In this document: positions 45,415 through 55,427 of the stretch, piece after piece
Position numbering within the stretch: position 1 is the stretch's first letter
Layout of the letters: every line of letters begins with the position of its first letter
Source of the DNA: Longimicrobiales bacterium
Lineage (GTDB): Bacteria > Gemmatimonadota > Gemmatimonadetes > Longimicrobiales > Gaopeijiaceae
Direction of reading: 5' to 3'
NCBI GenBank assembly: GCA_965226375.1
Contig: CBDDCX010000007.1
Coordinates: 608,001 to 672,000, forward strand
Length of the DNA: 64,000 nucleotides
Position numbers and translations under genes: made by a program
Notes under the pieces: model-generated
Databases searched by the model: none
What the model was told of the DNA's origin: nothing
What the model saw: the letters and a program-made list of their open reading frames with translations, nothing else

Positions 45415-46785
45415 CTATTGGAAGGCGACGATCCTCACGCCCTCCGGCCCGTTATCCCAGTCCTGGACGCTCGAGATGTTGGGCATGCCCCAGTCGTTGC
45501 CGTTCCAGCCATTGAAGCCGTCCATCCTGAACGCCCAGAACCCGCTGTGCATGTCGCTCACTACGATGAGGCCGTCGGCGTTCCTGACGTCGACCCCGAA
45601 CACCCCGTTCGCAACGCCGCCCCCGGTGTACGGGGTCTCCTCGTCGTAGGTGTCGTAGAAGCCCACCGTACGCGGGTTGGTGGGGTCCCGCATGTTGATG
45701 ATCTGGAGCCCGTCCTCGTAGGCCGAGACGAACACGTACGGCCAGCGGATCTCCATGTTGTGCGACGACTTCTTCCAGTCGGCGGTCCATTCGCCGATGG
45801 GCTGGCGGATGACGGCCACCTCGCCGTCCAGGGCCGGCTTCAGGTCGTAGAAACGGAGCGGGGCGTGGGCCAGTGACGTCATCTCGCTGATGGCGTAACG
45901 GTGATCGGGGGTGGCCACCCAGGTGTGACCTCCCGACTGCTGGCCGTGGACGGCCATCTGTGTGACGAGGAGCTTTGGGTTCGTGATGTCGGTGACGTCC
46001 CAGACGTAGTTCCCGCCCAGGTATGTGGTCTCCGGCCCACCGCCGTAGAACTTGTCCTGGCCGGTGGCCGGGTCGTACGCCACGTACACGTCGTGGTATC
46101 CCCGGGCGGCGCCCCGGGGCTCGGGAAGCGGCATGCGGGATACGAGCCCATAGTCCGGATCGCCCTGGAGGAACAGCTCCATGTCATAGACGTTGGCACC
46201 GTGGGGGACCGACAGGGGCGACTCCGTGGTCGCGAAGAGCAGCACGCTGCCCGTGGAGTGCTTGTACGTGAAGATGTTGTGAAAGCCGCCCGGCGTGTCG
46301 GGCGTGCGGATGCGGCCTACTTCACGGACCGTCGAGGGATCCGGAAGTCCCGTCACGTCGAACACCACCGCGCCCAGGTCCGTATCGGGCCCGCCCTGCC
46401 GGAAGCTCATGGACTGTACGTAGTAGTAGCGGTCGTTCAGCTTGAAATACTTGCCATCCAACCCGGCTCCACGGTGCAGCTCAGCGTTCTCGATGAACCA
46501 CGAGTAGATGACCCGCGCGTTCTCGGGCTCCGACAGGTCGATGATCTGGAACCCGGGCGGGTCGAGCCGGCGTGACACGTAAGCGTAGGGCCGCTCCAGA
46601 TCCTGCTCGATCTCGATGTCGGCAACGCGGAGGGCTCCGGCCAAGGGCACGTGCGCAATGATCTTCACGTTGTCGCTGCCCTGATCACCGGGGGCGTACT
46701 GAGCGGACGTCTCGGCCGGCACAAGAACGAGAAATGAGAGAACGCCAACGAGTGGAACCCTGGCGGTCGACAGCCTGGCACGCAT
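45415..46785 (-). CDS. Secreted LVIVD-like beta-propeller, divergent paralog 3
   Basis: ADIEIEQD, GGFHNIFTYKHS, YHDVY, GGHTW, SHNMEIRWPY, FNGWNGNDWGMPNISS. Confidence 0.8.
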   Translation of the reverse strand: MRARLSTARVPLVGVLSFLVLVPAETSAQYAPGDQGSDNVKIIAHVPLAGALRVADIEIEQDLERPYAYVSRRLDPPGFQIIDLSEPENARVIYSWFIENAELHRGAGLDGKYFKLNDRYYYVQSMSFRQGGPDTDLGAVVFDVTGLPDPSTVREVGRIRTPDTPGGFHNIFTYKHSTGSVLLFATTESPLSVPHGANVYDMELFLQGDPDYGLVSRMPLPEPRGAARGYHDVYVAYDPATGQDKFYGGGPETTYLGGNYVWDVTDITNPKLLVTQMAVHGQQSGGHTWVATPDHRYAISEMTSLAHAPLRFYDLKPALDGEVAVIRQPIGEWTADWKKSSHNMEIRWPYVFVSAYEDGLQIINMRDPTNPRTVGFYDTYDEETPYTGGGVANGVFGVDVRNADGLIVVSDMHSGFWAFRMDGFNGWNGNDWGMPNISSVQDWDNGPEGVRIVAFQ

Positions 46786-47006
46786 TGCAACCTCCGGATG
46801 ACTGGTAGCGCTTCCGTCGATTGACGGACTCGCGCCAAGCCTATGGGGGTTGTAGGCCGAGCGCCAGTGTAGCATTGAATGGACGATCGCACGCCGCACC
46901 GGTACTGGGGCAATCAGTTCATGCGGTGTCTGTGCAGTTCTCGATGGCCGTTGACAGCGCAGGCCGAGAGTCTGCACCGGCCCCTCTGGACGGTGGGCAG
47001 CTTGCT

Positions 47007-47308
47007 GGGAGCTAGGATCAAAGGGTGTGTAAAAAGAGAGGCGACGTACCTTTCCGCTGAGATTTAAACCAGCGAGCCCGGGTAACGGCCCGGGGAAAGG
47101 AACGTCGCCTCATGAGAGAGGATATCGCGGGACCCCAGGGTGCGTCCAGCAGGCCGATGTGGGAGACGCTCGAGGGGATGGTTAGGGAGAAGGCGCAGGA
47201 GTTCATCCAACAGATCATGGAGGAGGAGGTCACGGAGTTGTTGGGCCGGGAGAAGTCAGAGCGCAGGAGTGCGGTGGACTCGGCTGAGGGCTACCGCAAC
47301 GGATACGG
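47007..47308 (+). mobile_element. IS256 5' remnant (different subfamily) with structured leader
   Basis: TGTGTAAAA end motif; IMEEEVTELLGREKSER..GYRNGYG. Confidence 0.75.
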
Positions 47309-48015
47309 CGCTCGGGAGCGGCATCCTGATCCTGGTGGGCCTGTATTTCGGCTATCTCATGGCCTTCGGGGGTCATGACGGCGAGGAGAAGCGACGTCTG
47401 CTCGTCATTCTCTGGCTCTTCGTGTTGGCCGCCATCTTCTGGTCCGGATTCGAGCAGGCGGGCTCGTCGCTGAATCTCTTCGCCCAGGACCTCACCGATC
47501 GGAACGTGTTCGGGTGGCTCATGCCGGCCGGCTTCCTCCAGTCGGTGAACGCCGGTATGATCATCGTCTTCGCGCCCGTCTTCGGCTGGCTGTGGGTTTG
47601 GCTCGCGCAGCGGAACGCAAACCCATCTATCCCTGTGAAGTTCTCCCTGGGCCTGGCGGCGGGTTTCTTCGTCATCGCGTGGGGGGCCGCCAACGCCACG
47701 GCCGACAACCTCGCCTCTCCGTCTTGGCTGGTGGTCATGTACTTCCTGCACACGGTTGGTGAGCTGGCGCTCTCGCCGGTGGGGCTGTCCTCCATCACCA
47801 AGCTGGCCCCGAAGGGACGGGTCGGTCAGATGATGGGCGTCTGGTTCGTGGCGACGGCCCTGGGGAACCTCATCGCGGGCCTGGTGGCCGGGAATCTGGA
47901 GACGCTCGCCCCCTTCGCCCTCTTCCGGACGGTGGCGATCATCGTCGGCGCCTCGGGCATCGTCGCGCTCCTGGTGAGCCCCGCCGTGAAGAAGGTGATG
48001 GGGCATGTGGACTGA
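47308..48015 (+). pseudogene. POT/PTR peptide MFS transporter, C-terminal half
   Basis: FWSGFEQAGSSLNLFA, FLHTVGELALSPVGLSSITKLAP, QMMGVWF. Confidence 0.85.
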
Positions 48016-48083
48016 TCAGGCGACCCTCATCGCGGGCGCATCCTCCTTGCCACGCCTCTCAACGACCCGGCATCTTCGGGGCC

Positions 48084-48371
48084 ATGTCTCATGAATCCGA
48101 GCGCCGGTCGCGACCGCACGAGTTGAAGCTCCGCGTCGGCGAAGAGGACATCGACGGCCTCGGGCACGTTAACAACGTGGTGTACCTCTCCTGGATCCAG
48201 GACGTGGCCACCGACCACTGGCTGAGTGTCGCCAGCCCGGAACAGACTGCGGAGATCGTCTGGGTCGTGGTGCGGCACGAGATCGACTACGAGCGGCCGG
48301 CCCACCTCGGAGACGAGATCATCGCCCGAACCTGGGTCGGCGAGGCCACGGCCACGACCTGGGACCGTCAC
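48084..48371 (+). pseudogene. Acyl-CoA thioesterase (YbgC/FadM-like), truncated
   Basis: DIDGLGHVNNVVYLSW, VVVRHEIDY. Confidence 0.8.
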
Positions 48372-48738
48372 GCGAGGGGGAAAAAGCAGAGGGTCGACCT
48401 CTGCGGGAACGATCCTCGAGCCCCGCGAGGCATTCTCGGAAGAAGCGCTTTCGCCACTTGCTCACGACAGGACGTGGCATGTCGAGACGCTCTGCAATCT
48501 CCTTGTTCTCGAGACCCTCGGTGGCGAGCAGAACGATCTTGGCGCGCACGACCTCTCGATACGATAACGTATACTGGCGTGCTCTCGCTTCGAGGGTGCT
48601 TCGTTCCTTCGGCGTCAGCGTGATGACGTACGGGCTTGACCTGGGCATCATCGGCCTCCTGGTTGAATCCAAGATGCCGACCAAGGCCGGAAAGCGCCAG
48701 CCTATTATACGTTATTGTATTTATGTCCACGTGTACTA
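48372..48738 (-). mobile_element. IS630-family 5' remnant (HTH part)
   Basis: RAKIVLLA..EIAERL..VSKWRKRF..LEDRSRRGRP ending at a TTTTTCCCCC slippery site; TA at the terminus. Confidence 0.75.
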
Positions 48739-48887
48739 GAGTGCCGGAGCCACGCGGGATCAACCCCGATTTCCAAACTGTACCACTACCCCCGTCTTTC
48801 CTTCCTTGACGCGATCCTCGACGGGAGGTAAGCTATTCATCGGGCACCGAACAGGTCGGCAGGCACGCCTCCTCCACGGAGTCACTG

Positions 48888-50651
48888 ATGCTTCAACCAC
48901 TGGCGCGAGCCGCCCGCTGCCTGGCGTTCATCCTGGTACTCCCGGTCGGGGCGTGCACGGTCGGCGACGCCGGCGGTGACCCCGTCGAGGGTGACAATGG
49001 TGACGATCAGGACGTTGCCGACTGGATGACTCGTCACCCGGTGGGCTCCAACTTCCCCGTGATCGCGGAGCACGGGATGGCGGCGACCCTCCACCCGATC
49101 GCCACGCAGGTCGCGCTGGACATTATGAAGGAGGGTGGCAACGCCGTCGACGCGGTGATCGCGGCGAATGCCGCGACAGCCGTGGTTCTGCCCACCTCGA
49201 ATGGCCTCGGTGGTGACCTGTTCGCCTTCGTCTGGATCGCCGAGGAGCAGGAGCTCTACGGACTGAACTCCAGCGGCCGGTCCCCGATGGGGCTCACCCT
49301 CGGAGAGCTCCGTGAGGCGCTGGGCGACGAAGACGCAATCCCGCTGGAAGGTCCCCTGGCGGCGCTGACCGTTCCCGGCGCCGTCGCCGGATGGTTCGAG
49401 CTGCACGAGCGCTTCGGCTCTCTGCCCATGGCGCGGATCCTGGAGCCCGCCATCCGTCTCGCCCGGGAGGGTGCGCCGGGGTGGGGCTGGTCGAGGCGAC
49501 CGAACCTCGCCGAGCAGCCCGGCTTCGCCGAGACCTTCCTTCCCGGCGGAGAAGGCCCGGAGCCGGGAGAGATCTTCAGGAATCCCGATATCGGGCAGAC
49601 GCTGGAGATGATCGCCCAGGGGGGCAGGGCGGCCTTCTACGAGGGAGAGATCGCCCGGACGGTAGATGCCTTCTGTGAGCGCGTCGGGTGCTTCCTCCGC
49701 GAAGAGGATTTCGCCGCCCACGAGTCCACCTGGGTCGACCCGCTGGGTGCTGACTTTCGGGGATACACGGTCTGGCAGCTCCCGCCGAACACGCAGGGCC
49801 TCACCGTGATCCAGATGCTCAAGCTCCTCGAGCCGTTCGACCTCGAGGAGATGGGTCCTTACAGCCCGGATTTCATCCACCACCTCATAGAGGCCAAGAA
49901 GATCGCGTTCGAGGATCGGGCGCGGTATTTCGCGGACCCCGAGCGGGCGGATGTCCCCATCCAGGAGCTCATCAGCGACGACTACATCGATCGCAGGCGA
50001 CGTCTCCTGGATCCGGCTCAGGCGGCTACGGAGTTTCCGCCGGAGGACCCCAGGACACAGATCAGTGAGACGACGTACATGGCCATGGGGGACCCCGACG
50101 GCAACATGGTCTCCCTGATCCAGAGCAACTACGCCGGGTTCGGGAGCGGCCTCGTCCCGGACGGGCTCGGATTCGGGCTCCAGAACAGGGGTGCCCTCTT
50201 CGCCCTCGAGGAGGGGCACCCCAACGTCTACGAGCCCGGGAAGCGACCCTTCCACACCATCATCCCCGGATTCGTGACGAAGGATGGGGAGCCGTACTAT
50301 GCCTTCGGCGCGACGGGCGGAGACATGCAGCCCCAGGCGCAGGTGAACATCTTCCTAAACCACATCCTCTTCGGAATGAACATCCAGGAGGCGGCGGACG
50401 CGCCACGGTTCCGGCACTACGGTTCGACGGAGCCGACGGGTGGCTCAGCCATGGCGGACGGCGGATGTATCGTCATGGAAGCGGGTTATCCTCCCACCCT
50501 CGAGCAGGCGCTCGTGGCGAGGGGCCACAGGCTCTGTGAGGACGAAACCTACGTCGGCGGTGGATACGCCGGCGTCCTGTGGGACATCGAGCACGGAGTC
50601 TATTGGGGCGGGAAGGACTCCCGTAGGTACGGGCTCGCAGCTGGTTGGTGA
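48888..50651 (+). CDS. ggt: Gamma-glutamyltransferase family (probable lipoprotein)
   Basis: GGNAVDA, GLGGDLF, PPNTQG, ETTY nucleophile Thr, PGKRPFHTIIP; VGAC lipobox-like. Confidence 0.9.
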   Translation: MLQPLARAARCLAFILVLPVGACTVGDAGGDPVEGDNGDDQDVADWMTRHPVGSNFPVIAEHGMAATLHPIATQVALDIMKEGGNAVDAVIAANAATAVVLPTSNGLGGDLFAFVWIAEEQELYGLNSSGRSPMGLTLGELREALGDEDAIPLEGPLAALTVPGAVAGWFELHERFGSLPMARILEPAIRLAREGAPGWGWSRRPNLAEQPGFAETFLPGGEGPEPGEIFRNPDIGQTLEMIAQGGRAAFYEGEIARTVDAFCERVGCFLREEDFAAHESTWVDPLGADFRGYTVWQLPPNTQGLTVIQMLKLLEPFDLEEMGPYSPDFIHHLIEAKKIAFEDRARYFADPERADVPIQELISDDYIDRRRRLLDPAQAATEFPPEDPRTQISETTYMAMGDPDGNMVSLIQSNYAGFGSGLVPDGLGFGLQNRGALFALEEGHPNVYEPGKRPFHTIIPGFVTKDGEPYYAFGATGGDMQPQAQVNIFLNHILFGMNIQEAADAPRFRHYGSTEPTGGSAMADGGCIVMEAGYPPTLEQALVARGHRLCEDETYVGGGYAGVLWDIEHGVYWGGKDSRRYGLAAGW

Positions 50652-50771
50652 GGGATTTTGCCGTTCCCGAGGGCAGGACGAAGGGTCGGGAACCGTGGGC
50701 AATGCTCGTGGGGTTTCCCCGGTAAAGCCGTATGCAGGTCGCATCATTTCCTTGGGACAAGGAGTTCGAAC

Positions 50772-53690
50772 ATGCATCATCGACGTGTGAATACACCTGT
50801 CGGCTACGCTCCGCTTCCTCGCTACGCGTTGACATCGCTCTTCGCCGCCGCCGCGCTGACGACGTTGCTTTTCGGCAATCCGGATGCAGTCGCGGCGCAG
50901 GAGACCGGAACCGTGACCGGTCAGGCGTTGGAGAGCGGCTCGGGCCGACCCGTGGCCTCTGTCCAGGTCCACCTGGTCGGGACGGACATGGGGACTCTCA
51001 CGGGCTCGAACGGACGCTTTCTCATTCAGAACGTGCCGACGGGGACCTTCGAGGTCCGGACGGAGCGCATCGGCTATGAGTCCGTGAGCCGGACGGTCAC
51101 GGTGCAGGCCGGTCAGGCCGTGGATGTCCTACTTGAGATGTCGGAGCAGGCGCTCGCGCTGGACGAGATCATCGTCACGGGGACTGCCGGACAGGCTCGT
51201 CGGCGGGAGATCGGAAACTCGATCGCTCAAATCCGCCCCGACATCACGGAGCCCACGGTCACGACCGACCAGCTCATCCAGGGCCGGTCCCCGGGGGTGT
51301 TGGTGCTGGCGTCCAGCGGTGTCATGGGCGGCGGAGCCCAGATCCGGCTTCGAGGCAACGTCAGCGCCACCATGAGCAACCAGCCACTCATCTACGTGGA
51401 CGGCGTGCGCATCCAGAGCGATGGGCCACCAAGGAACACGGCGGCTCCCACCTGCGGGTGCGAGAGCAACAACGACACGCCGAGTCCCCTCAACGACATC
51501 AATCCGGAGGACATCGACCGGATCGAGATCATCCGTGGTCCGGCGGCCTCGACCCTCTACGGGACCGAGGGGGCGGCCGGTGTCATCCAGATCTTCACCA
51601 AGAGGGGTCGGGTAGGCGAGCCCGTGTGGACCGCCGAGGTCGTCAACAGCCTCGACTGGGTGCGGCCGTATGGGACCGACGCGCAGCCGTATCTGGGTCG
51701 TCCGGAGCTGGATCTGGGCATGGACCGCTTTCTCCAGACCGCGTGGTCTCGCTCCTACCAGCTCTCGGTGGGTGGAGGCACGCGTGACATCCAGTACTAC
51801 CTCAGCGCCTCCTTCGACGACAACGAGGGGATCATGCTGAATGACGCCCAGGACAAGGCGCAATTCCGGGGCAACGTGACGTTCCGGCCCACCGAATCCC
51901 TGACCTTCGACTGGAACAGCTCGCTCACGAACGACGAGATCCAGAACACGCCGGCCGGCACGAACATCCACGGGATCACGGCGAACGTCTACCGTGCACC
52001 CAACAACTTCATCGGGTCCGGGGCCGAAGAGGATCTCTTCGAGACCCTCCGATACAAGATCGACTGGGACAATGCCCATTTGATCGCGGGGCTCACGTCG
52101 ACGTACGCGCCCACGGCCAATTTCACCAACAAGCTCGTCCTCGGCTACGACCGGGCGGAGAGTCACATGATTCAGAAGCGCCCGTTCGACTTCAAGTTCG
52201 ACCCCGGCGGCGTCGAGCTCGACAAGAACTGGTTCTTCGAGACATTTACCGTCGACTACGTGGGGACGTACCGCTTCGGTCTCGGCGAGTCGTTGTCGAG
52301 TGCGTTCTCGTGGGGGGGGCAGAGCATCACCACCGACGAGCGCCTCATCGAGGTCTTCGGTCAGGGGTTCCCTGGTCCGGGGGAGTTCACCGTGAACGCC
52401 GCGTCTCAGATCTCGACCCTCGCCGAGAAGCAGAGGGTCATCAACGCCGGCGCGTTCCTCCAGAACGTCTTTTCCCTGAAGGATCGCTACTTTCTGACAC
52501 TCGGATTGCGAGTGGACGGGAACAGCGCGTTCGGAGAGGATCTCGGACTCGAGGCGTTTCCGAAGGCGAGCTTCTCATATGTGGTGTCCGATGAAGACTT
52601 CTGGCCCGCGTCGCTCGGTGAGGTGAAGCTCCGGGCCGCGTTCGGAGAGTCGGGGCGTGCGCCCGGCGCGTTCGATGCCGTCAGGACCTGGCGGGCAGAG
52701 CCGTTCGGACCGCAGCCGGCGTTCATACCCGGCAACGTGGGGAACCCGGAGCTGGGGCCGGAGCGGACCCAGGAGCTGGAGCTGGGCTTCGACGGTTCGT
52801 TCTTCAACGATCGGCTGGCGCTCGAATTCACCTACTTCAACCAGAACACCAAGGACGCGCTCTTCCAGGTGAGGCAGATACCCTCCGCCGGGTTCCTGGG
52901 CAGTCAGCTCGTGAATACGGGGGAGATCACCAATTCGGGGATAGAGATCGGCGCCAACCTCACTCTCGTCAATCGCGCCGATATCGTCTGGGACGTGGGC
53001 ACCACGATCGCCACGAACGGCTCGGAAGTGAAGACCCTGGGTGATTCGCCGCCCTTCTCCCTCGGATTCTTCTCCTGGATCGATGTCGGCACCTCGATAC
53101 CCTCCATGCGGGGAACGCTCATCAAGAATCCCGACGAGATCGCCGAGCCGATCCTCGAACGGAACCATATCTTCGGACCGAACCAGCCGACCACGAATAT
53201 CGGGGTCAGCACGTCTCTCGAGTTCCGGGGCGGGATCCGGCTCTCCGCCCGCGGCGAGTACGTAGGCGGGCACACCATCTACGACCACCTGAGCGGCCGC
53301 TCGGGAGTGAGCGCCAGTACCTGGGCCGTCTGCGAGGATGCTGGAGCGTATCAGGCGGTCGCCGCCGGGGACGTCTCGGGGCTGACCGCGCGTCTCCGGG
53401 CGATGTGCGGCGACGCCAAGCGTCGTGACATGTTCATGTTCGACGGGGACTTCTTCAAGATCCGGTGGGTCACATTGTTCGTTCCGATCCCGTCTGCCAT
53501 CATTCCAGGGGTGCGAAACGCGAGCCTCACCCTCTCCGCCCGGAATTTCTATACATGGGTGAAGGATGATTTCTTGAAGAACAATCCGGAGATGGCCGGA
53601 GACGGGGGACTGAGGCAGCGGGTTCGTATCATCGGGGAGAATGTGCCGCCGCCGGCCCGGGTGACGGCATCCCTCCGGGTCGTCTTCTGA
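50772..53690 (+). CDS. SusC/RagA TonB-dependent receptor
   Basis: Carboxypeptidase-regulatory-like N domain, LDEIIVTG, INPEDIDRIEIIRGPAASTLYG, GNPELGPERT, terminal F. Confidence 0.92.
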   Translation: MHHRRVNTPVGYAPLPRYALTSLFAAAALTTLLFGNPDAVAAQETGTVTGQALESGSGRPVASVQVHLVGTDMGTLTGSNGRFLIQNVPTGTFEVRTERIGYESVSRTVTVQAGQAVDVLLEMSEQALALDEIIVTGTAGQARRREIGNSIAQIRPDITEPTVTTDQLIQGRSPGVLVLASSGVMGGGAQIRLRGNVSATMSNQPLIYVDGVRIQSDGPPRNTAAPTCGCESNNDTPSPLNDINPEDIDRIEIIRGPAASTLYGTEGAAGVIQIFTKRGRVGEPVWTAEVVNSLDWVRPYGTDAQPYLGRPELDLGMDRFLQTAWSRSYQLSVGGGTRDIQYYLSASFDDNEGIMLNDAQDKAQFRGNVTFRPTESLTFDWNSSLTNDEIQNTPAGTNIHGITANVYRAPNNFIGSGAEEDLFETLRYKIDWDNAHLIAGLTSTYAPTANFTNKLVLGYDRAESHMIQKRPFDFKFDPGGVELDKNWFFETFTVDYVGTYRFGLGESLSSAFSWGGQSITTDERLIEVFGQGFPGPGEFTVNAASQISTLAEKQRVINAGAFLQNVFSLKDRYFLTLGLRVDGNSAFGEDLGLEAFPKASFSYVVSDEDFWPASLGEVKLRAAFGESGRAPGAFDAVRTWRAEPFGPQPAFIPGNVGNPELGPERTQELELGFDGSFFNDRLALEFTYFNQNTKDALFQVRQIPSAGFLGSQLVNTGEITNSGIEIGANLTLVNRADIVWDVGTTIATNGSEVKTLGDSPPFSLGFFSWIDVGTSIPSMRGTLIKNPDEIAEPILERNHIFGPNQPTTNIGVSTSLEFRGGIRLSARGEYVGGHTIYDHLSGRSGVSASTWAVCEDAGAYQAVAAGDVSGLTARLRAMCGDAKRRDMFMFDGDFFKIRWVTLFVPIPSAIIPGVRNASLTLSARNFYTWVKDDFLKNNPEMAGDGGLRQRVRIIGENVPPPARVTASLRVVF

Positions 53691-53769
53691 GGAGGCCACG
53701 ATGCGAAGCGCTCCAGAAGGAACGACGAATGCTGCGGCAAGACCCACTCCTCGGGAACGAAAGGAAACG

Positions 53770-55026
53770 ATGAAGATGTATAAGAGCCGACGTGGAGGAT
53801 GGATCGGCGGAATGCTGCTCGCTCTCTCCGTGCCTGTGGTGTTCACTGCCTGCGATTTCTCCCCGACCAACCCGGGGCCGGTCCAGGACGAATTTCTGAA
53901 CGACAGGGCCGCGCACGACGCGGTGGTGACCGGGGCTTCCCGGCAACTGTCCGTCGCCCTCAATCGACTCGCCAATCATGTGGGAGCGATCACCCAGGAG
54001 CATACGCCGGCGGGCCTTGTCGGTGGAGGTGCCGTCGGAGTGCCTCGGCGGATCCGCCAGGGGATCCTCAATACCGAGGAAACGGTTCCCCACTGGAATG
54101 AGGCACAGGAGGCGCGCTGGGTGGCCGAGGACGGAGTCCGACGGATCCAGGAGGTCATGGAAGGCGAGGCCAGCTCCTACCGACCCTTCGGACGCGCCCA
54201 CCTCTACGCCGGATATGCCAACCGGCTGCTGGGGGAGAACATGTGTCGGGCGGTGATCGACGGGGGGGCTGCTCAGGACCGCGCGGACTACTTCGAGCGG
54301 GCCGCGGCCGCGTTCACCTCCGCGCAGCAGGTGGCGAGCGCTGCGGGTGATGCAGAAGCCGCGACCGTGGCGCTCGCTGGCCGGGCGTCGGTCCGGGTCC
54401 ACCTCGGGGATTGGTCCGGCGCGATCCAGGACGCGGGCGCCGTTCCCACCGACTTCCAGTTTCAGGCGATGTACTTCGGTGGGCAGGAGGTGGAGTCGAA
54501 CGTGATCTGGGTTGCGAGCTCCGAGCAGGAGCGCTCGATCAGCGTATGGGACACCTTCTACGAGGACTACTTCCTCGAGACGGGCGATCCCCGCACCGCA
54601 TGGGACGAGCGTCCGGACTTCGAGTTCGGCGGGCCCGCCCCGGAGGGACAGGTGCTCTGGTTCCAGCAGCTCAAGTACACCTCGCTCGACGCGCCGATCA
54701 ACCTCTCCACGGGGCGGGAGATGCGCCTCATCGAGGCCGAGAACATGCTGCGGAATCAGGAGGTGGAGGCCGCGATAGAGCTGATCAATGAGCTCCGCAT
54801 CGCGGCGGGCGCCCCGACCGTCTCCGCCGACTCCCCGGATGAAGCGTGGGCGTTGCTCAAGCGGGAACGGGGGATCGAGATGTGGCTCGAGGCGAGGCGC
54901 CTCGGGGACGTGCGGCGGTGGAACGCCGACGGCACGGCCGGCAGCGAGGGGGTGGATCCTCTCTTGGGTGAGTCGGACTGCTTCCCGATCCCGGACTCCG
55001 AGCTGGAGACGAATCCGAACCTCTAG
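53770..55026 (+). CDS. RagB/SusD lipoprotein
   Basis: FTAC lipobox, EMRLIEAE, ERGIEMWLEARRLGDVRR, FPIPDSELETNPNL. Confidence 0.88.
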   Translation: MKMYKSRRGGWIGGMLLALSVPVVFTACDFSPTNPGPVQDEFLNDRAAHDAVVTGASRQLSVALNRLANHVGAITQEHTPAGLVGGGAVGVPRRIRQGILNTEETVPHWNEAQEARWVAEDGVRRIQEVMEGEASSYRPFGRAHLYAGYANRLLGENMCRAVIDGGAAQDRADYFERAAAAFTSAQQVASAAGDAEAATVALAGRASVRVHLGDWSGAIQDAGAVPTDFQFQAMYFGGQEVESNVIWVASSEQERSISVWDTFYEDYFLETGDPRTAWDERPDFEFGGPAPEGQVLWFQQLKYTSLDAPINLSTGREMRLIEAENMLRNQEVEAAIELINELRIAAGAPTVSADSPDEAWALLKRERGIEMWLEARRLGDVRRWNADGTAGSEGVDPLLGESDCFPIPDSELETNPNL

Positions 55027-55078
55027 GTCTCTTCCGGGATCGGCTCTGTCAGGACTAGAGCCGGTCGCTAGAGTAGCA

Positions 55079-55129
55079 CAACGACGCCCCGGCGCACCTT
55101 CGTTCTCGAGGTCGGCCGGGGCGTTGTTG
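55079..55129. terminator. Putative stem-loop terminator after susD
   Basis: CAACGACGCCCCGGC/GCCGGGGCGTTGTTG inverted repeat. Confidence 0.55.
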
Positions 55130-55132
55130 CAT

Positions 55133-55351
55133 GGCTCCGTTCTGTGGACAGATTCCCCCTTCCCGGAGCGGAACTCACGCCAATCGATAGCTGTCGGGCA
55201 TACCAAGCTGGGTCATGGCATTGAGAATTTTGCTCGCCAACTGTACCTCCACGCGCTGCCCATCAAAGGTACGACTTCGCATACTTCGCCCTATGATCGT
55301 CTTGTATCGGTACATGGTATTCTCGACCAGGCTGCGCTTGCTGTAGCCTGA
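55133..55351 (-). mobile_element. IS5-family (IS903-like) 3' remnant
   Basis: Manual translation SGYSKRSLVENTMYRYKTIIG..KILNAMTQLGMPDSYRLA*; GGCTCCGTT end. Confidence 0.75.
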
Positions 55352-55427
55352 GGACGTGTGCCAGCCACGCCGTCCGAGTTCTCGGATCGAGCGAATGTTG
55401 CGATCCCGCTCCCGCAGTGAGGCCCTC

